DNA of 64,000 nucleotides from Candidatus Latescibacterota bacterium (GTDB lineage Bacteria; Latescibacterota; UBA2968; GCA-2709665): NCBI GenBank assembly GCA_965203805.1, contig OZ241917.1, positions 4,448,001 to 4,512,000 of the forward strand, read 5' to 3'. Shown piece by piece: positions 57,485 to 64,000 of this stretch (position 1 is its first letter; each line of letters starts with the position of its first letter). The notes under the pieces were generated by a model. It saw only the letters and a program-made list of their open reading frames with translations, ran no database searches and was not told where the DNA came from. The position numbers and the translations under genes were made by a program.

Positions 57485-57528
57485 GCGGGATTTTTGTACC
57501 TGCAAGGTTGATCGAAAGGAGATGCTGG

Positions 57529-59934
57529 ATGATCGGAATTATGGTCATTATTGGTGCGGTCTTGCTGCTCGCGGCAACGCCGCGTCATGCCGCGGCCCGG
57601 CAGCCCGAGCTCGACGAGACGCCCGCGCGGCCCGGCGAGTGGGGGTTCCGCCCCGCCGGCGGGAGCGTCTCGCAGGTGACGCCGCCCGGGTTTTCATGGC
57701 GGCCGCAGAAGGATGCCGCCAGCTACGACGTTCAGTGCGCGCGGGACAGCGGCTTTGGAGACGTGGCGTACGAAGCGAGCGGCGTGACGTTCAACGTCCA
57801 CTGTCCGCCACAAACATTGGCCCCTGGCCGCTGGTTCTGGCGATTCCGCTCTCACGATGCGTCGGGCGCGGTTTCGGACTGGAGCCGGGGGCGGGCGTTT
57901 ACGATTGCATCAGACGCAAACGCGCTCCCGCTTCCTTCGCGCGAAGACCTGCTGGCGCGCATTCCGGCCGGACATCCGCGGCTGTTCGTACGGCCGGAAC
58001 AGATACCGGAACTGCGGCGGCGTGCCGGTACGGATCTGGCGGACAAATATGAGGAACTCGTGGCCGCCTCGGAGAAGCTGCTCGCGAATCCGCCGCCCAC
58101 CGAGGAGCCGCCGCTCTACCCCGAAGGCACGGTGCGGCTGAGCGAGGAGTGGCGGGCCATCTGGTGGCCGAACCGGGAGTATACCATTGCCGCGCTGAAC
58201 GGCGCGGCGACCCTGGCCTTCACCCGGCTGTTGGGCGGGCGCGAGGAATACGGGGAACTCGCCCGGGAGATCCTGATGGCCTGCGCCGAATGGGATCCGA
58301 AGGGGGCAACGGGATTCAAGTATAACGACGAAGCCGGGATGCCCTACGCGTACTATTTCTCCCGGACGTACAGCTACCTCAACGATCTGCTGACGGAGGA
58401 GGAGCGGGAGAAGTGCCGGGTGGTGATGAGGATCCGGGGGCTGGAAATGGACGCGCATCTGAATCCGCGCTTCCTCTGGCGTCCGTACGGGAGTCACGAT
58501 ACCCGGTCCTGGCATTTTCTCGGTGAGGTGGGCATCGCGTTTCTGAATGAGATTCCCGAAGCCGAGGACTGGGTGTGGTTCGCCGCGAACGTGTTCGCCA
58601 ACACGTATCCGGTCTGGAGCGATGACGATGGGGGCTGGCACCAGGGCATGGGCTACTGGCGGAGTTACATCCAGCGGTTTACCTGGTGGGCGGACATCAT
58701 GCGCGAGGCCATGGGCGTCGATGCCTTCGATAAGCCCTATTTCTCAAAGGTCGGCTACTATCCGATGTACCTCCAGCCGCCCGGTACACGGGGAGGCGGA
58801 TTCGGAGACCTGACGGCGCATCTTGTCTCCGCGCAGAACCGGGGCGTGATGGCCCTCTTCGCGGCGATGGCGCGGAATCCGTACTGGCAGTGGTACGTCG
58901 AAGCGCATGGTGAGCTTCCATCCGAGCCCGGCTATATCGGATTTGTCCGGGGGGCCCTTCCGCGGGTGGTGGCGAAGCGGCCGGTCGACCTGCCCACGTC
59001 ACGCGTTTTCCGGGGGACGGGCCAGGCCGTGTTCAATACCAATCTGGAGGATGCCCGCAACAACGTTGAGCTGATCTTCAAGAGCAGCCCGCTCGGATCT
59101 CACAGCCACGGATACGAAGCCCAGAATGCGTTCCTCCTCTATGCCTTCGGAGAGCGGCTGCTGATTCGCACGGGTAGACGGGACATCCACGGCAGCGAGC
59201 ATCACAAGCGCTGGATGCACCATACGAAATCGGTGAACTGCATCACCGTGAACGGAGACGGGCAGTTGCCGAACTCCAGCGACGCGCTGGGGGAAATCCT
59301 GGATTTCCACACGTCGGCGCAATTCGATTACGTATCGGGAGAGGCGTCCCGCGCGTACGCGGGCAAACTGGAGCGGTTCACCCGGCGCATCCTGTTCGTG
59401 AAACCGGAAGCGGTCCTCATCTTCGATACGGTGCGCGCGCCCGAGCCCGCGCAGTTCGAGTGGCGGCTGCACGCGCCCGTGGAGATGGACGTTCGGGACC
59501 AGCAGGACGTTCGTGTGATCAACGGGGCCGCCGGTTGCCGGGTGTCGTTTCTGTGGCCGGACGGGTTGAAACTGGATCAGACCGACCGGTTTGATCCTCC
59601 GCCCCGCGCCCGCATCAAACTGGTGGAGTACCACCTGACGGCAACACCCTCCGCGCCCGCACGCGAACGTACATTCGTGACGCTTCTCAGGCCCCACCGG
59701 TCCGCCGACGTGTTGGTCGGCGACGCGGAACTCGTGGAGATCCACGGCGGGTACGCGGTCACGATTCCCCTGGCGGAAGGCAGCGCGGGCGTGGTCCTTC
59801 AGGCATCCGGAGGCAGCGTCCTGGAAGGGGCGGGCCTCAGGACCGACGGCGAGGTCGGCGCGGCCACGTTCGATGATCAGGGAGACGTCAAAGAGACGTT
59901 TGTGGCGTCAGGCACGGTAATAGAAGCTCCTTGA
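57529..59934 (+). CDS. Secreted DUF4962 + heparinase II/III-like lyase (paralog of 11284..13626)
   Basis: ATG after AGGAG. Signal peptide ending 'HAAA'. 'TPPGFSW', 'HPRLF', 'YGSH', 'WHQGMGY', 'SHSHGYEAQNAF', 'HTKSVNCITV'. Confidence 0.87.
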   Translation: MIGIMVIIGAVLLLAATPRHAAARQPELDETPARPGEWGFRPAGGSVSQVTPPGFSWRPQKDAASYDVQCARDSGFGDVAYEASGVTFNVHCPPQTLAPGRWFWRFRSHDASGAVSDWSRGRAFTIASDANALPLPSREDLLARIPAGHPRLFVRPEQIPELRRRAGTDLADKYEELVAASEKLLANPPPTEEPPLYPEGTVRLSEEWRAIWWPNREYTIAALNGAATLAFTRLLGGREEYGELAREILMACAEWDPKGATGFKYNDEAGMPYAYYFSRTYSYLNDLLTEEEREKCRVVMRIRGLEMDAHLNPRFLWRPYGSHDTRSWHFLGEVGIAFLNEIPEAEDWVWFAANVFANTYPVWSDDDGGWHQGMGYWRSYIQRFTWWADIMREAMGVDAFDKPYFSKVGYYPMYLQPPGTRGGGFGDLTAHLVSAQNRGVMALFAAMARNPYWQWYVEAHGELPSEPGYIGFVRGALPRVVAKRPVDLPTSRVFRGTGQAVFNTNLEDARNNVELIFKSSPLGSHSHGYEAQNAFLLYAFGERLLIRTGRRDIHGSEHHKRWMHHTKSVNCITVNGDGQLPNSSDALGEILDFHTSAQFDYVSGEASRAYAGKLERFTRRILFVKPEAVLIFDTVRAPEPAQFEWRLHAPVEMDVRDQQDVRVINGAAGCRVSFLWPDGLKLDQTDRFDPPPRARIKLVEYHLTATPSAPARERTFVTLLRPHRSADVLVGDAELVEIHGGYAVTIPLAEGSAGVVLQASGGSVLEGAGLRTDGEVGAATFDDQGDVKETFVASGTVIEAP

Positions 59935-60039
59935 TTACCGTCGACAAAGAGAGAAGATGCATTTGCATTACGGTCGAAATTGTAGGATACTAACCGGCGC
60001 CGCTTCGCTGTGCACGGCCGCAACCCAATAAGGATACGA

Positions 60040-60288
60040 ATGCCGCTATACATGTATCCGGACATCTATGCGTCCGGATCGGTACCGAAGAATTGGATGC
60101 CCGCCCGGGGAGGTACCCTCAAGTACCCGGTGCGCAATCGGGCGGTCCTTCGGGAATTGCGGCGACTGCGTCGCAGCCGGTGGAGAAAGGTAATTCGACA
60201 GGGAGATTTCGGTGACGCTCATTACTTCGAACATGAATCCGGCAATGTTGCCGGCGTGAAGTTTCATCCTGGGACCAGGACTCCATGA
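60040..60288 (+). CDS. Small basic protein resembling a polymorphic-toxin C-terminal domain (start 60040 or 60052)
   Basis: 'YPVRNRAVLRELRRL...RWRKVIRQG...AHYFEHESGNVAGVKF'. ATGA-coupled to the next gene. Confidence 0.6.
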   Translation: MPLYMYPDIYASGSVPKNWMPARGGTLKYPVRNRAVLRELRRLRRSRWRKVIRQGDFGDAHYFEHESGNVAGVKFHPGTRTP

Positions 60289-60662
60289 CACAGAACGATC
60301 CATTTCGTATTGTGCTATCGGACGCGGGTCGTGACCCGGGTGCGCCACACCAGTTGGAATTCTTCGCACTGTTGAATCTCGGTCTGGTGCAGTCATTGGC
60401 CAGCGGAATTCTCGGTGCAACAGAAGCCATTCAGCGCTTTTACCACTCGGACAACTGTCTCTACGTCCGAAGGCAACTTCGAAACCGCGAGGCCAATGCG
60501 GTTATGAGCCGTGGAGTACAATTGCCCGATCTTTTTGAAAGTTTGCCTGCAGAGGAGGCACAGCGCGAATTCCTTCACGAACTTGAGATGATGCGGTCTC
60601 TGTGTCTGAAGCTCCTCGAGAAAGTACGATCGCCCTCCGCACCGGGACGTGCGACTGCATAG
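60285..60662 (+). CDS. DUF3969-like alpha-helical protein (putative immunity/antitoxin)
   Basis: 'QLEFFALLNLGLVQSLASGILGATEAIQRFY...VMSRGVQLPDL' recalls DUF3969 (from memory, unverified). Translationally coupled to the upstream ORF. Confidence 0.6.
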   Translation: MTQNDPFRIVLSDAGRDPGAPHQLEFFALLNLGLVQSLASGILGATEAIQRFYHSDNCLYVRRQLRNREANAVMSRGVQLPDLFESLPAEEAQREFLHELEMMRSLCLKLLEKVRSPSAPGRATA

Positions 60663-60768
60663 GGATCGCACAGAACACCGGCTTGACTCTTGACGTGACA
60701 CAAAGAGATTTTCTATTTTCGATCTCCCCCAGAGAAGCAATGCTGGGGGATTCTTTGAGGTGAAGACA

Positions 60769-63700
60769 ATGTCCGATACTCCGGGACGCAGCGCGCGAAG
60801 GCGTAAGCAGGAGTCGTACGATATCCAAATCGTGAACAAGGAGATCCCGGAGCTCAAGGACCTCTGCCTGGAGACGGACCTGTCGAAGGACGTGCTGGTC
60901 GTGCCGCCGGAGGGTAGGGGCGGAGAGCAGACGGGCCGGCGAATTGCGCAGGTTTTGGGAAGCGCGGCGGAGGTGCGGCCTGCGTCGGAGGTTGGCGAGA
61001 GCGATTGGGATTCCGCGCATATTGTGGCCGCGGGAAACGTGTTCAGCAACCGGGCGGTCCGGCGTCTGGGGATGAATTTCTACGCGTGGACCGACGAATA
61101 CTATCCGGGCGGGGACGGGTACGAAGTGAGAACGGTTCACAATCCCTTCGGGGCCGGCCGCAACGCGGTGCTCCTTGGCGGAAGTACGCCCGAAGGGGTC
61201 GAACGGGCGGTAGACGAGTTTCTCGAAGTTGTGGAAAGGGAGGGACCGCGCATTGGACGGATCAATCGGTCGGTATCGCGGCAGAACCCCGAGTCTTCCC
61301 CCACGGACGCCGAAGCGCGCAGGATTATCGATACCGTGAACGAACAGGTGGCGCTTTCGGGAAGCCAGGGTCCGCTTCGCCGCATGGTGGACCACGCCAT
61401 GCTGTATTATCTGTCCGGCGACGATGCCTGGGGCAGGATCTTCAGGGAGGAGTTCCTGTTCTTCATCGATCTGGCGCACGAAGTGGGCGACTGGTGTCTG
61501 TCGCAGGGGACCCACCTCTACTTCTGGATCTACAGGATGCTGACCGCCTGGGACGTGATGGAGGAGGGCGAGGTTTTGAGCGACGCGGACCGGCTGAAGA
61601 TGACGAACGCCATCTACAATATCATCCGGTGGACGTCCGAACTGACCCACTTCCGGTTCAAGTCGGTCGACGACGTGGTCCAGAACCAGAACCACCAGAG
61701 CTTTGCCGCGTTGAGTCTGTTTACCGGTGCGAGGTACTTCAGGAAGTATTACGGATTGACGGATTTCGACGACAAGCTGCCCCTGGCGCACCGGACGCTG
61801 GAATTGCATGCCAGATCGTACAAGCCGAACGACAACGCCGGTACCGGGTACGTGTGGATCACGCCCGGTCACCTGATCAAGTACGGGTTGATGACGGACG
61901 ATCTGTCGTACCTGGAAGACGGTCATCTCGCCCGCCTTCTGGACAGCGCGGTGCTGACCATCGACAGCCGGGGCGACGACTGCTCGTACGGCGACGTCGG
62001 CGCGTACCGGGCATCCCGCGCCAGCCGCCCGAGCGGCTTGCAGACCGCGGCGATCGGCACATGGTTCTACAACGACGGGCGCTACCGGTGGCTCTACGAC
62101 TGGATGGAGCAGGGGCAGGAGTGGAAGGATTCCTTCCAGCGGGACCGGAACTGGGGCATCGGCGGCTGGGAGGTGTACGACGGGTTCTTCTTCAAGGACG
62201 TTCCGCCCGTGGAGCCGGTGGAATTGCTCGGCGTGCGCGCCTCCATGCTGGATGCGGCTGCGCACGAATTTGCAAAGGACCGCGCCAGAAACACGGATCA
62301 GTACCACGGCGATCCCCTGATGGAATCGGACGTGCCCCTCGCCGAGGCATTCGACAAGCTCGCGTTCAGGCGGAGCTTCGACAGGCGCAGCGAATACCTG
62401 CTGATCGACGGCCCCACGGGGTTTTCCCATTCCCAGGAAGACGGCAACTCGATCATCCGCCTGTGCTGGAACGACCGGATCTGGCTGGCGGACCTGGACT
62501 ACATCCGTCGCCTCGCGAGATATCACAATACCGTGGTGATCGGGAAGGACGGTACGTGTTTTTCCAAGCCGTCGCAGGTGGCGCTCAGGGCGATCGAAGA
62601 TTTTGAGGACTGGGGGTTCAGCCGGACGGTTTCCCCCGGAGACAACGGCACGGACTGGGCGCGCAATATCTTCTGGCGCAAGGGATCGTATTTCCTGGTG
62701 ATCGATACGGTGATCGCGCTCGATCAGGGGGACTTCCTCCTGGACGCCATCTGGCGGGTGCTCGGGAACGTCGACGTCGAGGAAAACGTATTGAATCTGG
62801 AACAGGATGGGGAGCGCTTCCACCTTGTGAATGCCGACGCGTCCGAGAAGTCGCTGACGGACCGCGAGGCCGACTTCGCGCCGGACTGGGAGGCCAACTG
62901 GGAAAACTACGAACACGCCGACGGGACGGTTCGGATGTGGCACCAGAAGCAGCGGCTCACGTTGGATGCGGGCGAGCAGGCCGCCTTCGTCAACCTGTTG
63001 TATCCGTCCAATGCCGATATGGACCAGGCATTCGACCTGGAGCGTGCGGGCCCGTCCGTTGCGCGGGTACGGGACAGAGGTACCGGTGCGTGCCAGATGG
63101 CGGGGGTCGGGGCCTACGCGTCCGGGGAATTGCGCGTGGACGCGGAACTGTTCCGGATCGACGGCAGCGGGTTCGCGCTGGTGGAGGGGACCTCCCTCGC
63201 GTGGGAGGGCCCGCTGTTCAGGAGTTGGGCGCCGGTGTCGGTTGAGTTGGACCTCGCGCGGGGAGAGGGGATTGTTGAATCCCGTACGGAGACCCGGGTG
63301 GGCATCCGCGCCGAGGCGGTCGACGTGGACGGCGAACGGATGACCGGCGGAGGCGAGGGAAAGCTGCTCTGGTTCACGCTATCGGCCGGACGTCATCGCC
63401 TGCAGGTCTCCCCTTCAGGCGAGGCGGTCTTCGACCAGGTGTTTCGAGACGCGGTTCCCTGCGACGAGCCCGCCGTAAGCGTAGCCACGGCGCCCGATCC
63501 AGGCGCGGGGCTGGCGCCGCTGTGGTCCCTTCAGGCCGGCGCGGCCGTGACCACGGCGGCCTCGGATGCATCGGGCGGCACACTGGTCGGCACAGCCGCG
63601 GGTGACGTTCGCCTGCTTGGCGTCGACGGCGGCGAAAAGTGGTCGTTCCGATGCAAGGGCGGAGTGCGCGCCGTGCACCTGGAGGACATCGACGGAGACG

Positions 63701-64000
63701 GCGAATCGGAGGCTATTGTCGGTACGCGCGACTGCTGGTTGCACGTGCTGAATGGCGGAGGCGACGTCCGCTGGGAGCACGAGTTTCCGCCGGGAAGCGG
63801 GATGCGGCCGCAAAGGCTGACGACCCTGTCCACGGCGGACCTGGACGGGGATGGCCGGCGCCAGATTCTGGCCGGCGCGGAGGGTTGGCTGTTCCACGCG
63901 TTCGAGGCGGATGGAACGCTGAGGTGGCAGACGGAGACCCACTATCACTGCATAACCGGATGCCTGTCCGTGGACCTGGACGGCGACGGGCGGGACGAGA
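60769..64000 (+). CDS. Large heparinase II/III-like + FG-GAP propeller protein (paralog D), 3'-truncated; absent from the ORF track
   Basis: Manual translation from ATG 60769 (SD GAGGTG): MSDTPGRS...ELKDLCLET...YPGGDGYEVRTVHNPFGAGRNAVLLG...QNQNHQ...GARYFRKYYG...FSHSQEDGNSII...YHNTV...DLDGDGRDE. No stop seen before the window end (>1077 aa). Confidence 0.85.
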   Translation, partial: MSDTPGRSARRRKQESYDIQIVNKEIPELKDLCLETDLSKDVLVVPPEGRGGEQTGRRIAQVLGSAAEVRPASEVGESDWDSAHIVAAGNVFSNRAVRRLGMNFYAWTDEYYPGGDGYEVRTVHNPFGAGRNAVLLGGSTPEGVERAVDEFLEVVEREGPRIGRINRSVSRQNPESSPTDAEARRIIDTVNEQVALSGSQGPLRRMVDHAMLYYLSGDDAWGRIFREEFLFFIDLAHEVGDWCLSQGTHLYFWIYRMLTAWDVMEEGEVLSDADRLKMTNAIYNIIRWTSELTHFRFKSVDDVVQNQNHQSFAALSLFTGARYFRKYYGLTDFDDKLPLAHRTLELHARSYKPNDNAGTGYVWITPGHLIKYGLMTDDLSYLEDGHLARLLDSAVLTIDSRGDDCSYGDVGAYRASRASRPSGLQTAAIGTWFYNDGRYRWLYDWMEQGQEWKDSFQRDRNWGIGGWEVYDGFFFKDVPPVEPVELLGVRASMLDAAAHEFAKDRARNTDQYHGDPLMESDVPLAEAFDKLAFRRSFDRRSEYLLIDGPTGFSHSQEDGNSIIRLCWNDRIWLADLDYIRRLARYHNTVVIGKDGTCFSKPSQVALRAIEDFEDWGFSRTVSPGDNGTDWARNIFWRKGSYFLVIDTVIALDQGDFLLDAIWRVLGNVDVEENVLNLEQDGERFHLVNADASEKSLTDREADFAPDWEANWENYEHADGTVRMWHQKQRLTLDAGEQAAFVNLLYPSNADMDQAFDLERAGPSVARVRDRGTGACQMAGVGAYASGELRVDAELFRIDGSGFALVEGTSLAWEGPLFRSWAPVSVELDLARGEGIVESRTETRVGIRAEAVDVDGERMTGGGEGKLLWFTLSAGRHRLQVSPSGEAVFDQVFRDAVPCDEPAVSVATAPDPGAGLAPLWSLQAGAAVTTAASDASGGTLVGTAAGDVRLLGVDGGEKWSFRCKGGVRAVHLEDIDGDGESEAIVGTRDCWLHVLNGGGDVRWEHEFPPGSGMRPQRLTTLSTADLDGDGRRQILAGAEGWLFHAFEADGTLRWQTETHYHCITGCLSVDLDGDGRDE

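Noticed and set aside
1509-57528. Extended N-termini in the ORF track (1509, 3379, 5728, 21436, 24068, 39968, 51295, 56862, 57424)
   Set aside because: They overlap upstream genes or intergenic repeats. Downstream starts with SD sequences, signal peptides or family-typical N-termini were preferred.
60502-62943. 813-aa minus-strand ORF and 533-aa plus-strand ORF 61005..62606
   Set aside because: Shadow frames of the real gene starting at 60769, which has no stop in the window and is therefore missing from the ORF track.

Overview
High-GC bacterial window with about 31 real genes, nearly all on the + strand. The gene set (PorV/PorQ-like barrel, TPR-GWxTD protein, C-terminal 'DFDG..VGFxDFLxFA..FG' dockerin/EF-hand tail) suggests a candidate FCB-group organism such as Ca. 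Latescibacterota; this is inference, not a search result. 1-10 kb is an envelope/secretion block: CTD-type cargo protein, PorV/PorQ, two FGE-sulfatase-domain lipoproteins, TPR, CRTAC1/ASPIC and GWxTD proteins. 10-44 kb and 51-64 kb form a large glycan-degradation-like locus with eight heparinase II/III (alpha/alpha toroid + beta-sandwich) lyase-like proteins, four of them a paralogous ~1,230-aa lyase + FG-GAP/PQQ-propeller family. It also has four Gfo/Idh/MocA oxidoreductases, a BNR sialidase-like protein and a PhyH dioxygenase. At its centre is an ATPase-less membrane module: DUF6785 / degenerate-M28-FtsX giant / DUF6785. An AT-richer minus-strand island (~43.8-51.4 kb) carries GntR(YtrA), an S41 peptidase, an ECF sigma-DUF1080 fusion, a MacB/FtsX permease with an apparent ATA start, and a duplicated S41 3' end. 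Small accessory inserts are an orphan DNA methyltransferase and a BrnTA module, both flanked by REP-like palindromes, and a small basic ORF + DUF3969-like pair. No rRNA, tRNA, CRISPR array, integrase or transposase was recognised. All family calls come from motif recognition by eye.
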